DNA of 64,000 nt, taken from the NCBI GenBank assembly GCA_004022145.1, contig RCNU01000005.1; one strand, written 5' to 3'. Each line of letters begins with the position of its first letter. The first letter of the stretch is position 1. The notes beneath the pieces are model-generated. The model searched no databases, was not told the origin of the DNA, and saw only the letters and a program-made list of their open reading frames with translations. Of the stretch, positions 12,125-26,207 are shown piece after piece. This DNA comes from Paecilomyces variotii. Lineage: Eukaryota. The position numbers and the translations under genes are program-made.

Positions 12125-14943
12125 ATGGCTGAGTGAGTGATTGTCATTATCTGCTGAGATCTGCTAACGTTGAATCAGCCACGAAACCTTCGGTGCACAA
12201 GGTAAGCCAAACATTCCCTTTTATTTTGATACTGATTTTAACACTGTGTACAGAATGGCAGCTGCCAGGCTACGGAAAGGTTCCCTCTGCGCGAGCAAAT
12301 AACGTCTCCAACGACATAGTGGCAAAGCCAGCCCCAGCTCCAGCTCCTCCTTTGCAACCCTCTCGAGGACCAGGGAATAGCTTCCGCGGTAGAGCACGAA
12401 CGCAAAATGGCTTTCCAATACGTGGGGGATCTCCTCCTAAGCCTGTAGGTCATAGTCGTGACAGGCGTTTCCCAGGAACTCCTAGCGGTCTAACAGGACG
12501 TGGGAATATCCGTTCATTCCCACGCGGCCATGGAAACCGAGCAGCTTTTGTTCCCGGTTCGAACAATTTCCCCAGAGATTCGCCTGCAAAAGCAAATTGG
12601 AGAGCAGGGTTGAGACCCGACGGTTAGTGACACTCAAAACAATCTATCGAGCGAGCTTACGAACTGGGGAACAGGTGTTTTTCAGTTACCCGCTCCTTTT
12701 GGTACATTCAAACATGAGTAAGGAGACCTTTTCCTGTTTCCTTGACAAGCCCTGACGATATACAAGATTCTTCGGTGTCGCTCGTGGTACAGTGACTGGC
12801 GGACGTTCCGCAAACAAGGGTAGATTCGAAGTGTTTGACGATATTTCCCAAAAGACGGGCACCCATGTAAAGCCTCCAGCCTATACAGACAACGTAAGTT
12901 AATCTGGACGTATATTTTCCAATACCTAAGCTGACTTGGGCAGGTTATTCTTCTCTGGGGTGATTCCAGCCAAGTCCTAGCTGCTCAGAAGCTATTGCAA
13001 CAACTCGTCAACAAATGCACTTCCTTACAGAGCAAGAAGCCATTATGGGCCAAGATCAATGCATACTCTCTCAAGAAAGAAATTGACATTTTCCGTGACG
13101 AGCAGCAAGACGTCGTCTTACAGCAGTTGAGAAAAGCTCCCGAAGCTACTGTCCGTTTTGCGGAGAAGGTAGGGCAGGCTATTTCAATGTTTCCATCGGG
13201 AGCTAACTTCACTTTCCCCTTCTTGCAGTTGCTGTTTCTTTGGCCAACTGAGGAGCTTCCTTTCAAAGAATATCTCGGCCCTGAGCTCCAAGGTCTGGAT
13301 CCGATCCGTGAAGAGTTCGATTGTCATATCTATGTCCCTGACGGTCTACCTGATTACATTTGCGTTCTCGCCCATAATCATGGCACCATACGAGAAGCCA
13401 TTCGTCGTATCCGTACCAAGTGGAGCGAGTTGATGGCTTCTGCTAACATAAGATCAAAGGTGTACCTCGTGGAACCACCTGAATTAATCTATGCGCAGCG
13501 AGGTATTATCGTCAAGCAGAGTCATACCCTGGCGAGGCCTTTCCTTGACGGTGGTATTATGACGGCTTTCGAAATCACGCAGTGGCTTGATCGCGCTGCT
13601 CTAATGCGCTCTAGGAATGATGTTCGCTTACTCAACACGACAGAACGGGCAATGAGAGCTCTCCCATTCTTTCGAGGTCACCTACGGATGCGAGTGAATA
13701 TAGGGGCATTTATCCTTGACGAGTATCGGCTTTCTAAAGACTTGAAAGCTTCGTACAGTTTTGAAGAATTTCGCGAGATGCTGTTACATGATCAGACCAA
13801 AGGGCGTCTACTTCCCGGGTACGGCATATCTTTTTGAATCGGAAGGCTTCATGCTGATCTTATACGTGTTTAGTCTTGAGATTAATCAAGCAGAGCTTCT
13901 TGGTAGATGTTTCAAAGCTTCCTACCTCCTAGAGCCTTTCGAGACAACCTCTCGTTCCCTAGAAAAGCCCGAGCCATCGTATTCTGTGAACTTCGAGTTT
14001 GTGGGTTCGGACAGTGCTCTCCTACGCCTGGAAGCGGAATTCGAAAGACACCCCGGTGCCGAAGAGTATGAGGTCGCTCAGCGTCGTTGGGTCAAAGTTC
14101 AGGGCAATAATCAACACGGAAATGAAAGGCCACCTCTCCAGGCCGCTATGATTGAATTTGGAAGGTACATATTGAACTGTATTCCCGCCGGATTCCAGAG
14201 TCCACGAACTAATAACTTCCAGAGCGGACTGGCAGCTAGAGATCAAGGCTCTCCAATTCCACGAGCCTGCCAACATAGGAGCGGCCTTGAAAGACTTTTC
14301 TCATGCAATTGGGTTCGAATTCGATGCCACCAGTAGTGGAATTACTGCTCCACCAAAGAGAAGAGTTACCTTTCCACCGACTGCTCCCGTATCCAGGTTT
14401 GTTGAGAAGACCGCTTTACGTTACCGTCTCAAAGGTACAAACTACATACTTGAAATTGCACGTTACGATGAGTATAGAAGGACGGGGATTCAATTTTCAC
14501 AGGGGCAGGTACAAATCTCTAACCCCGGTCCTATTTTGAATGCTCCATTCACGACCTGGGGTGCATCTATCTTTGGGCTTGATTGGGACAATTTGCTTGG
14601 TGAGCATGCCAACATGGGCGTGGGCCATTCAGCGAGCTGGAGTCCCAATCTCAAGACCTTCTTTCCACCGAAGGCGAAAACAAACCCTACCGACACATCT
14701 TCCGGATTCTGGGAATTCGTGAATTTGGTCAAAGACGTTGCTGAACTGTTGGGCCCAAGGAGGCCTGAGGCCTTGGCGAAAATGGCGACAGAGACTATCG
14801 ATCAGAGGACTCGTCCAAACAGACAGTCTTCCCCGCTGAAGGCCGAAACTGTCGGCGATGTGTCTTCTGGCCGCTCTTCGCCGGTCTCAGAATCAAAGGA
14901 ATCAAACAAAGTTCTTGTGGCAGAGCTTGGGACCTTGTTCTAG
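12125..14943 (+). CDS. Conserved-type hypothetical protein, about 9 exons; RG-rich N-terminus and possible degenerate KH-like repeats
   Basis: ATG GCT GA|gtgagt micro-exon joins to give MADHETFGAQEWQLPGYGK; successive GT-AG introns link ORFs 12133-12627, 12995-13837, 13761-14336 and 14287-14943 into one frame. Confidence 0.72.
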
Positions 14944-15495
14944 AGAGGATTCCACCTGAACACTTTACGAACCTATGCGTTCACAATATTTCTTTACTCC
15001 TACAAGATCTTTCCAAGTGCCAGACAACAAAACGAGAAACCCAATCTCAGCTGCCGCTGCGGTACTATCTGGTGCTACGGTGCTTTCTAAGGGAGATACT
15101 TATCAAGGCTGATGCGATGAAACGGATGTTTGGAAAGGACTTACGTGGTCGCACCAATTCCCTCCCACGGAGTGGATATTATTGCGGTTGACTCATATGC
15201 CTACGCGACCAAGAATGGACCATAATATTTTTTCCATTTTCTGTATCATGCGACCATACATGGCGCGTGTTGTTGCTGCCATTGTGACAAAATCAAATCA
15301 GAGATCGAAAATATTGAAAGGTCGAAAGTCCGTCTAGTGCATAGAGCTATCGTAGCGTTTCCATGTCGGTTTGCCGACCCAATGACCGAATATGATACCG
15401 AACTTAGCGGTTATGCCAGCATTTCTGCGCTCTCTAAATAAGGCCCTCCTTTCTCCACACATATAATACTGACAAGAACTTTGAAGTGGCCATGT

Positions 15496-16400
15496 TTATC
15501 CAGCAGCTACGCCAGCCGCAGGAGTTGTAACGGCCTCTCCACTCATCACTTTCTGCCTCAGAACTAGTAACAATGTCAGGTAACCTCCTGGAAAGCATCG
15601 ACATGCGTAAAATCGTCCAGAAACACAAATATATGTCCGCGAGAGATTAGTAAAAGCAACGTACCATCTTCGACTATCCTCAAATTCGCGCTCTTGCCCT
15701 GCACAATCTTCTCCAGATCCTTCAAGTTCGTTTCCAACTCCTTAGCTTTGTTATTGTAGAATTCGATCGCCTTCGCAGTCGTCTTGTCAAAAATAACCAT
15801 TAGTATCTTTGTTTTCTTTGCCCTTCCCTTCCCCAAATCACACATTGCTAGCATAGCAAGAGAACACAACACCAGACAAACCTACCTTCTCAACATAAAA
15901 TCCCGTTCCCACATCCACAAGGACCTTTTCCCGATCCGCCAATTTACCCTTAACGTACAACGAACTCGTCAAGGGCACGAGCAGATCATCCCGACTCTCG
16001 CCCCCAGCACCACTCTTCTTCTCCACACCATCGGTAATCGAGCGAACACAATCACGGAACTTGGACTGCGCCGCGCGCAGCTTCGCATGCGAGTTTGTCA
16101 GATGCTCGAGCTCGGAGGATAGACGGGTCTGGAGGGCGCGGAGCTGTGGGAGGGAGAGGGTTGTTATGTCGACTACGATAAGAGGAGTGTCGGATTAGTT
16201 AACTGTTTCTTTCTCTCTTTCTCTCCTCTTCACTTGTTCTTTTTCTATGCGGCTTTTCTTGAGAAGTAGGGGGATAATGCTTTTCAAGCCAGCTCAAAGA
16301 GTAGAAATTTGGTTTGGTTAAGAAAGAGACTTAATGGTTTCGCTCGCATACCTGCGCCTGGAGGGGCACCGCCTGACGCGGGGTTTGACGGTGGTGCCAT
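15496..16400 (-). CDS. GIM5: Prefoldin subunit 5, 4 exons
   Basis: LLVPLTSSLYVKGKLADREKVLVDVGTGFYVEK prefoldin-alpha signature; start MAPPSNPASGG; last exon VLRQKVMSGEAVTTPAAGVAAG-stop. Confidence 0.92.
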
Positions 16401-16877
16401 TTCTTTCTGTGTTGTTGTTTTTTTCGCACTGTATGGAAGAGATGCAAAAAGTATAGACGTCAATTGGAGCTGGCGCTCAGGGAAAAGTCAAGCTCCCTAA
16501 GTATTGAAAGGGGAGATTGGAGGTCGCTGAGAGAAGCTCAATTCGACCTTCCCCGGTAACTTGAGCCTTTGGGATGCTTTTCTGGGTGCTGTCGAAAGAT
16601 GCGCGCCGGGACGTGGAAATAGTGGCTGTAACGCAATCGCTGCGTCAACGCCAAGATATCGCAATAATACACACGCACTGTCATAAAGAAAAAGTAGGGT
16701 CTTTCTAATGGAGTATATTGAGAAAGGGATTTGAGTATTTATCTCGGGATCTACTAAAGTACATGAATTAATAGTACACATTTTGGGATCCGCATGTGCA
16801 GGTGCTGTTATGAGCATACAACAACAGCCATGATCCGTCCGCTGAGGGCAGGAATTCAGCTCCGAGGACTCCCGCGA

Positions 16878-19098
16878 TCAAAGTCGGTCGAGTAAAGACC
16901 TGATGAACTGCGGGAGACGGTCCAGAGTTACTTCTTCTCGTAGGCCGTCCAGGCGACGGCATTGCACTTCCAGTGTTTGCTGCTTTTTCCATCCCTTGCC
17001 AACGACCACAATCACAGGATAGCCGATCAGGTCGGCGTCACCGAGTTTCCAGCCAATCTGTTTATCACGGTCATCGAGGATGGCGTCGATCGCAGGACCT
17101 CCACTGGACGTGAGCGTGTCATATACATTTTCTGCGTCCGCTTCCAGGCCTTTTGCTGGAACAATAACAACCTCATAAGGTGCCATTGCTCTCGGCCAGT
17201 TCAAGCCTTTCGAGTCAGCGAGCATGTCAGCAACAGCTGATATCATGCGAGAGACACCGATACCATGGCAGCCCATCTGCATGGGAACTGTCTGGGTCTT
17301 CGACGCTGATTGAAGTGACTTGCTTGGTTCACTAATAAGGGCCGAATCAACAGTTACGACGGCTTGCAACACGTCGCTGTATCGTGTCCCGAGGTGGAAA
17401 GTATGGCCCAGTTCGACTGCACTCTGTGGCTTCAGAGTGCCCTTTTCGCACCGTGGACACTTGTCTCCTTCATGAGCCTTAACAAGTTGGAGGCCGTCCT
17501 CAGTTCCGGGGAAGCGGCTTAGCAGCGCATATTCAATGTCGGTGTCGACGTCAATTTCGTGGAGCAGATCGCTCAAAGGAGGCCGCTTATAGATCCTAAC
17601 ATGCGAGTCGTAGAGATCAAGAACCTTAAGCGGTTGACTGCTGGATGAGGCAGGGCTTGGGTTACGTTTGAGTTCCGCGGCCCATTGCTCCAGGGGATTC
17701 TCGACACTGAGATCAAGATCGACTCCAGCTGCGTCCGTGATGGATTTAACAGCATGGGAGTTGACATGCCTCTCTGCTGGCTCTGCAGCCCCCTCCTGCA
17801 GCAAGAACTTCGGGTACCATCCTCTCACAAGAGTTCTCTTGTCTTTAGAGATCGCCATCCATAGGCCTGTCGAGATTGCTTCCGGAGCTTGGTCGCTTAT
17901 CTCGAGCGTATCATGTGCCTGTTCGCTTTCTGAGCCCTTCGTGGACCCATACGCTCGTCCGTCCGATAGCTCTTCATTGTAAACATGGTCACAACTTGAA
18001 CAGCTAATGACAGTATCCTCCCCTTTTGAGCTCGGGAAGTGGAATTCATGACTGAGGTTCCCACCCATGTTGCCAGAATCCGCCGCGGCAACAAGATACG
18101 GGATCTTCAACTCGTTGAACAGCCGGACGTAAGCCTCTTTCACCGACTTGTATGTCTTCAGTGCTTCCTCGTTGTTGTAGTCAAAAGTGTACAGGTCTTT
18201 CATGATGAACTCTCGACCACGTAGCAGTCCTTGTCTTGGCCTTGGTTCATCTCTGTATTTTCTCGCTATATGCATATAAATTAGATTCTGTCAGATGACA
18301 ATCTAATACAACTCACATATTTGGTAAACTCGAAGCGGCAGGTCTTTATAGGACTTGACTAGACTGGCTACCAGTGTAGTAATCTCTTCCTCATGAGTAG
18401 GAGCTAGAAGAAATCGCGATTCTTTGCGATCATTGAAGCGGAAAACCTAACTCAACATCAGAACCTGCTCAAGTATCTAGATGCATCGGCAAGCTCACCT
18501 CAGAGCCTTCCTTTAATCTGCCTGATCGCTCCCATAATTCCTGGGAGGAAATTGATGACAATGAAACCTTAGATGCGCCTGTGAGTCGTTAGAGAAGGAC
18601 CAGGAAACTTATAGTGCAACATACCAACTGAGCGCATATGTTTGTCTATGAGCCGCTCTAATTTTTCCTGCACCCGCAACCCAAGAGGCAGCATGTGAAA
18701 GACGCCCGAATACGCCTAGATAACACTTAACCGGAGGCAAGAGATCAATCATAGAACCGCGCATACCTGTCGGAGGAATCCACCTCGTATTAAAAGGTCA
18801 TTCGCATCCTCTGCTTGATTGTCAGCTAATCCAACCTGCAACAGGGCTTATATCATTGACAATACCTCTTTCTCCTTCAGCAGCCTTTTTGGATATCCCG
18901 CCTGTAGGGATCCAAAAACTCGATGTTCGAGTCCGTGCATCAGACTACTTGATGATTAATATCAATTAATATCTTTGGGATCTGTAGATTGCATACATGA
19001 TATCCGCATCTTTTGATACTAAGGTACCGATTTCGAAGAACAAAAGGCCGATTTACACCCGAGATGAAGCTCGGGGCTGGACGGAGCCGGACAATCAT
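16878..19098 (-). CDS. Prolyl-tRNA synthetase, bacterial-type (probably mitochondrial), about 7 exons
   Basis: Arg-rich N-terminus; LAPTHEEEIT; RKYRDEPRPRQGLLRGREFIMKDLYTF (motif 2); ELGHTFHLGTRYS; MGCHGIGVSR (motif 3); anticodon-binding DDRDKQIGWKLGDADLIGYP. Confidence 0.93.
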
Positions 19099-19391
19099 AG
19101 ACGATTGAATTTGCTGAGATGATAGAAACACGCAGTAGAATTCATTAAACCGAATTGTAAAGATGGACTATAATTATACAAGGACGAATGGACTGGACAT
19201 ATCGCAGCTCTTTAGATCTCCGCGCTTTCTGCCGCAACGTTCGCGCTTTGCGGGTTGCCGTTCTGGCCCGAGCGTCTAGATATCGGCGGTCGCGAAACTA
19301 TTCTCCGGCGGCCTCGAACCGCCAAAAAGATAATTTTGGTTTTGAAGCGGCAGAAAAATCCACGGATTTTCGTCTCGACAAGACAGTCGCC

Positions 19392-22300
19392 ATGGCGAAA
19401 AATAAGGGCAGACGGTCTACAGGTGGAGAGACAAGTCTCTCTAATGGCGCGGCAGCTATTCAAGAATCTGCTCCTGCCGAGGATTCTCTCCCGAATTTGG
19501 ACGAATCCGCATTGGCGAACTTGACCAAAAGAATCGAGCAAAGGCTGAAAGACGGGAATGGCACACCGAAGAAGGACCACAAAAAGTCCAAGGATGATTC
19601 AGTCAATGAGGGAAAGAAGGGTAAAAAGGATCGAAAGGATAAAAAGGACGAACGGAAGAATCCAGCCAAACAAGATTCCAACAAAGGCAAAAAGCGGGAT
19701 CGCAACGGCGATGTGATATCGAGAGAAGAGAAAGAGGCGGGGAAGAAGAAGAAGGACGAGGCAAATGATGCGCTGCGACAAGAAATTTTGGCTCTCGGTG
19801 GAAGCAAGGAAGACTTCGATCTGATTGCCGGGGTGGACTCTGACTCTGAAGTTGAGGGCCAGAACATCGCTTCCGCTAAATCAAAGGATGGAAACAGCGA
19901 AGATGCGCTGCGCAAGGAACTATCCAAGATGCTTGAAGGTGCAGGTCATATTGTCCCGAAAGATATCGAACAGGATGAAGAACAGGAGGAAGACGACTCT
20001 CAAGGAGAAGATGACGAGGAGGCTAGCGACCAAAGTCAAGAGGTCTCCGACGTTGAGGAAGACATCCCAGAAGATGTCTCCCCACCGGCACCCTCTAAAG
20101 CCGAAAAAGAAGCTTTCAAGAAAGAATCTACCGCCAAAAACCCTACGAAGAATGAAACGGAAGTGCTTCCCAAGGCTTATTCTAAGCTGGTACGTGTATC
20201 GGGAACAGATCTTTTGGGCTAGGACCCAGCTAACTCTTTGACAGACTGTTCCACCAAAGTCTGACTGGTACTCGACCTCCCTCCCTCCTCTCTCTACATC
20301 CGCAAAGAATGTCACTGCTCTCCCCCGGCATCTTGTCGACCGCATTCACCAACATGCCAAGTCGTTGCTGGAGAAAGAGAACAAGATGTATGCGGAAGCA
20401 CAGCAATCGCTGTCATCATCCTCCCACAAGTTCTACTCGACAATTATGACTTCGGGAACCCTCAGCGACAAGATTTCAGCTTTGACGCTGGCTGTCCAGG
20501 AGTCTCCATTGCATAATACGAAGGCGTTGGAAAACTTGATAGGGCTCGGGAAAAAGCGGAGTCGTGCCCAGGCGGTCGAAGTTCTCCGATCTCTAAAGGA
20601 TATGTTTGCGCAGGGAACACTACTTCCCAGTGATCGTAGATTGAAGGCTTTCGCGAATCAGCCGTCCCTTGTGGCAGCGTTCCAAGGCGGTGCTGGTAGC
20701 AGATGGAGCGAGAGAGACCCCCTCCCTGGAGGTCTTCAGCCCATCCACCTCATCGTTTGGGCATACGAAGATTATGTTAAGGAGCAGTACTTCGAAGTCC
20801 TGAAGATTCTTGAAGTATGGTGTAATGACGAGATCGAGTTCTCCCGCTCCAGAGCTGTGAGCTACGTCTACGAATTGCTGAAGGAAAAGCCAGAGCAAGA
20901 GTCCAACCTCCTGAGGCTTCTTGTTAACAAACTCGGTGATCCTAGCAAAAAGATTGCCTCGAGAGCTTCCTACTTGCTCCTTCAACTTGAGCAAGCCCAT
21001 CCTCTGATGAAACCGACCATCATCTCTTCTATTGAGTCAGAACTGCTTTTCCGGCCACACCAGAGCCAGCACGCCCGGTATTATGCCGTGATCACACTCA
21101 ACCAGACAGTCTTGAGTACCAAAGAGGAGAAGGTTGCTCTTCAGTTACTTGATATCTACTTCTCGCTCTTTGTCACGCTCCTGAAGCCGACGAAGGAGCA
21201 AAAGATCCAATCCGACCAAAAGCGAGGCAAATTTGGAAAGGGCGGTAAAAAGTCACAGCAGAAGAACACAAAGGTTAAGGGTCAGGATCCGGAGGATGAA
21301 TTACGGGAGAAGGTTATCTCTGCGGTTTTGACCGGTGTCAATCGGGCTTATCCTTTCTCTCAGTCTGACAGTGACAGGTGTGTATATTGTCGTACAGCTT
21401 TTGAAGATCGCCTGCTAACGAGGTTTCTAGGATCACCAAACATATCGATACCTTGTTCCGCATCACACATTCCTCGAACTTCAACACGAGCATCCAAGCT
21501 CTCATGCTCATTCAGCAGATCACGTACTCGAACCAAATATCTGGTGACCGTTTCTACCGGACCCTTTACGAGTCTCTCCTTGATCCCAGAGTTGCCACGT
21601 CGTCAAAACAGTCTCTGTATCTCAACCTGCTCTTCAAGGCGTTGAAGAACGACTTAAACGTGAAACGCGTGAAGGCATTCGTGAAACGTCTTGTTCAGAT
21701 TCTTGGGTTACACCAGCCATCGTTCGTCGTGGGCGTGTTCTACTTGATTCGCGAGCTGGAAAAGATATTCCCCGGTCTCCAGTCTCTGGTGGATCAGCCT
21801 GAGGAGAACGACGATGATGACGAGGAAGTGTTCCGGGATGTACCCGATGAAGATGATCAGGAGGCCACAGTCCCGACAACCGACGGGGACTCAAAGAAGC
21901 AAAATGACGCCTATGATCCTCGTAAAAGAGATCCTGAACACAGCAACGCTGATAAGAGTTGTCTGTGGGAACTTGTAAGTCGTCGTGTTATACCCCGCGA
22001 GACTCCAATGAAAAATACTAACGTCTATTTGCACAGCTTCCCTACCTATCGCATTTCCATCCGTCTGTCTCTGTCAATGCATCCCATCTCATTGACCATA
22101 GTCCTATGTCGGGCAAAGCGGATATGACACTGCATACACTGACGCACTTCCTTGACCGTTTCGTTTACCGTACTCCGAAGGCCAATGCTGGTACTAAAGG
22201 TTCTTCCATCATGCAACCGTTGGCCGGAGGTGACACTAGTGGTCTCCTCGTCACCGTTGGTGGCGTGGCCGGCAAAGGAAAACAAATGGATCCTGTCAAC

Positions 22301-22960
22301 TCAGAAGCATTCTGGCGCAAAAAGGCCGAGGATGTCGCGGCAGAGGATGTTTTCTTCCACGAGTACTTCAACCGTATTGGCAAGGACAAGACTCGCAAAG
22401 GAAAGAAGGGAGCCAAGGACCCGGTTGACCGGGATGAGGAGGCCGATGTCGATGCCAGTGACAACGAATCCGAGATTTGGCAGGCAATGCTGGACTCCAA
22501 GCCTGATCTTGAAGGCATTGATGACGATGATGCGGATCTCGACGACGCATCCGATCTCGAGGAGTTCGACTACGATGAGGACGAGGACATGGATGAAGAG
22601 GGAGACGAAGGGGTCATTTTCAATGACGAGAGTGACGAGGCTGAGGAAGAGGAAGAGGAAGCGAAGCCTACGAAGCCCACGAAGGGCAAGAAGGCGGCAG
22701 AGAAACAGCCATCCGACGATGAGGCTGACGACGATGATGTTTTCGACATGGATGTCTCTGACGACGAAGCGTTCCGTGACAGTGACGAAGACCTACCTTC
22801 GGACATGGAGATGGGTGGTGTTGAGATTCCGTCTGCGGAACCAGAAGATACCAAAGACAAGTCTGGTCGGAAGAAGAGGCGCAAGCTCAAGCACCTGCCG
22901 ACCTTCGCATCTGCGGACGACTATGCCGCCTTATTGGGAGACGAGGAGGATGGTATGTAA
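19392..22960 (+). CDS. MAK21: Ribosome biogenesis protein Mak21/Noc1 (CBF domain), 4 exons
   Basis: SGTLSDKISALTL, LLVNKLGD, LTGVNRAYPF, FNTSIQALMLI, DRFYRTLYESL, YDPRKRDP, HFHPSV, FLDRFVYR, acidic tail ending LPTFASADDYAALL. Confidence 0.95.
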
Positions 22961-23376
22961 GCTTTTCTCTTGGGGGATTTTCACTTCGAGCTCACTTCAG
23001 TCATGTAAATTCCTTTGTTTGTGGTAGATATCTGAACTGCATACATTCCCCTAGTTTATCCTTTTTACTTCTAAAATATCAACGGTTATCTACGCGAATT
23101 CTAGAGAGAAACTAGATAACAGCCGTAGCATTAGTTATGATCTACATACATACATAAGACGACGTAGCATTTTACGTATAATTTCTCCTTCCCCTCGAGC
23201 TGGATAAATCAAGCAAAGGAATACTCGATAAGTTCCCCATTGAGAGCAGTAGTTGACGGATTATTGGTAACTTGTTTCATAGTAAAAAAAAAAAAGCTTC
23301 CACCGCGCTGGGACCTAAGTAAGTACTTAAACGTATCTCCGTGATCGAGATCCCGCTAGACAACTTTTGCCGCGCT

Positions 23377-23473
23377 CACGTGACCCCAAGGGCCGCCCTG
23401 GAAATTTTTCTGGGACGCTTCTCTTATCGTCCGCTATCAGGATCACAAGAGGGAAAAAAAAAGGAAATTTTTC
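23377..23473 (+). promoter_or_regulatory. HAS1 promoter: CACGTGAC E-box and two identical RRPE-like GGAAATTTTTC motifs
   Basis: TCACGTGAC at 23377-23385; GGAAATTTTTC at 23400-23410 and 23463-23473 (reverse complement GAAAAATTTCC resembles the RRPE core). Confidence 0.5.
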
Positions 23474-23487
23474 CCACAACAGCCAAA

Positions 23488-25545
23488 ATGTCGAACGACA
23501 AGATCCAGACCGCTCAAGAGCAAGCGAAGAAGCGAAAGAGAAAGCACAAGAGCACGACTCAGGATGTGAAACGCGCTGCTGAATCGCAAAACGTCGAGGC
23601 GGAAGAACAGCCTGAGCAGGCCGAGGAGAAAACAAGCAAGAAGCAGAAGATCGATCGCGCGTCTCCCTCCGATGACGAAGAGGCCAATTCTGAGAAGCCT
23701 CAGGAGACTGGATCCGTGCAGGAACAGGAGGACAATGGAGAGACCGAAGGGAAAGAAATGGCTGCTCTGCCATCTGCGAACGGAGTGTCGCTGCCCACGG
23801 AAGATTCCGTGCCCCAGAACTTTAGCGATTTGCAATTGTCAGAGCCGACCATGAAGGCGATTGAGGATATGGGTTTTACGAAGATGACGGAGATCCAGCA
23901 GCGGGCAATTCCGCCATCGTTGGCTGGTCGCGATATTCTGGGAGCTGCGAAGACTGGATCGGGAAAGACACTGGCTTTCTTGATTCCCGCTGTGGAGCTC
24001 TTGCGAGCGTTGAAGTTCAAGCCTAGGAATGGTATGTTGTGTTTCGTTCAAAAATTGTTAGGATATGAATTCTGACTTTGGACGTCAGGTACTGGAGCTC
24101 TCATCATCACCCCCACTCGAGAACTTGCCCTGCAGATCTTCGGAGTCGCTCGTGAGCTCATGGCCCATCATCACTCTCAGACTTACGGAGTCGTCATTGG
24201 AGGTGCAAACAGAAGAGCGGAAGCGGAGAAGCTCGCCAAGGGTGTGAATCTTTTGATCGCCACTCCCGGACGTCTGCTGGACCACCTTCGATCGACTGAA
24301 GGCTTCGTTTTCAAGAACTTGAAGTCTCTGGTCATCGATGAAGCTGACCGGTAAGTCCCACTTGAGGTTATAGTTGGCAAATAGGTCTAATGGTCGTAAA
24401 TAGGATTCTGGAGGTCGGTTTCGAGGATGAACTTCGACAGATCATCTCTATCCTCCCCAAGGACAACAGACAAACGATGCTGTTCTCCGCAACACAGACA
24501 ACCAAGGTCGAGGACTTGGCGCGGATATCGCTCAAACCCGGGCCGCTGTACATCAATGTCGACCACAGAAAGGAGCACAGCACGGTGGACGGGGTCGAAC
24601 AAGGCTATATCATCTGTGAAGCCGACAAGCGCTTCCTGCTCCTATTCGCCCTGCTGAAGAAGAACCAAAAGAAGAAGATCATCGTCTTCTTTTCCAGCTG
24701 TAACTCCGTCAAGTACTACTCAGAGCTATTAAACTACGTAAGTACACCAGGGATGTATGCCAATTGATCTGACACTGACAATGCGGCCAGATCGATCTTC
24801 CCGTCCTAGCACTCCATGGAAAGCAAAAGCAGCAGAAGCGTACAAACACATTCTTTGAGTTCTGTAACGCCGAGAAGGGAACTCTGATCTGCACAGATGT
24901 CGCTGCCAGAGGTTTGGATATCCCAGCAGTCGACTATATCGTGCAGCTGGACCCTCCCGACGATGTAAGTCTGGATGAAGAAATCTTCAATCAAGTCAAT
25001 ACTAACGAAAGCCACAATAGCCCAGAGACTACATTCACCGTGTCGGACGTACCGCTCGTGGTACTACTGGCAAGGTCGGCCGCAGTCTGATGTTCCTGCA
25101 GCCGTCCGAAGTTGGGTTCCTCACCCATCTGAAGGAAGCTCGTGTCCCCGTCGTGGAGTTCGAGTTCCCCGCCAAACACATTGTCAACATCCAGTCCCAG
25201 CTAGAGAAGCTGATCGGACAGAACTACTATCTGAACCAGGTAAGATCATTCCCTCACCCTCGAACATTATTTACAGATTCACCAACTAACAATGTATGAT
25301 AGTCCGCGAAGGAAGGATACCGATCATACCTTCACGCCTACGCTTCTCACTCGCTCCGATCCGTCTTCGACATCAACAAGCTTGATCTGAAGAAGGTCGC
25401 CAAGAGCTTCGGTTTCACGACGCCCCCGCGTGTCGATATCACGCTAGGAGCCAGCATGAGCCGAGACAAGAAGGTGCAGGGACGAAGAGCCTATGGTAGT
25501 CAGCCCAAGGGCGCGCGATTCAAGCGGAGACGAGATGACGATTAA
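23488..25545 (+). CDS. HAS1: DEAD-box RNA helicase Has1, 6 exons
   Basis: Q motif [59 protein letters not shown], Has1-type [14 protein letters not shown] and PPRVDITL. Confidence 0.96.
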
Positions 25546-26161
25546 AAAAACAAAAGCAAAAGGCTGTTTGTATTCTGTTGTTCTGTACATACATAATACC
25601 ATCGGATCGGAGTGGAGTGGACTGGCAATTCAAAAGTTTTCTTAACTTCTTTTTTCTAAACTTCGTTCTCTTTCTCTTAAGTCCCGTCGTTATCGAGTTC
25701 TCTCAGTGTATTTCCGTAATGATGTACATTGGGAAATGCTAGACCGCTCAATCACCCGTGTCGATATTTTCCGGGGAAAAGATACTATGTATCACATTCG
25801 CGCAAACCTAGATAACAGTCGCGACCTGTCGCCTTACCATAATGATTAACCATCCATCTACCTAAGGTACCTACCTAGCTGATGTCCCGCATTAGAGCAC
25901 TACTAACTCGTTTGCATCTGGAGCATCTCTCAATGGGAATGTAACTATAGCCCACGTGACTGATTCTTGGTTGTGAGAAGCTCAACTTGAACCCTGGGAA
26001 GTGCCGAATTAGGAGGTTGTCCGGTAAAGACTTCCGAATAGGCCTTGGATGCACTTGTCCCTGATAAAGCGGCCACCTACGACTGAGGCGTTCTAAGATC
26101 GTTTAGCCTGTTCAATTCAACCATTCTCGTCAATAGTTATCGTGCGCTCTTCACATATTGA

Positions 26162-26165
<4 letters not shown>

Positions 26166-26205
<40 letters not shown>
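26166..26205. repeat. Poly(T) homopolymer, 40 nt
   Basis: Uninterrupted T run read directly from the sequence. Confidence 0.95.

Positions 26206-26207
<2 letters not shown>

Noticed and set aside
22152-23027. 291-aa alternative-frame ORF (and similar shadow ORFs over PRP46, MET14, VMA5 and the 48.3-49.0 kb gene)
   Set aside because: Frame-shifted or antisense shadows of biased, low-complexity coding sequence.
26166-26205. Poly(A) tail of a retro-insertion
   Set aside because: No target-site duplication or recognisable element body next to the tract.
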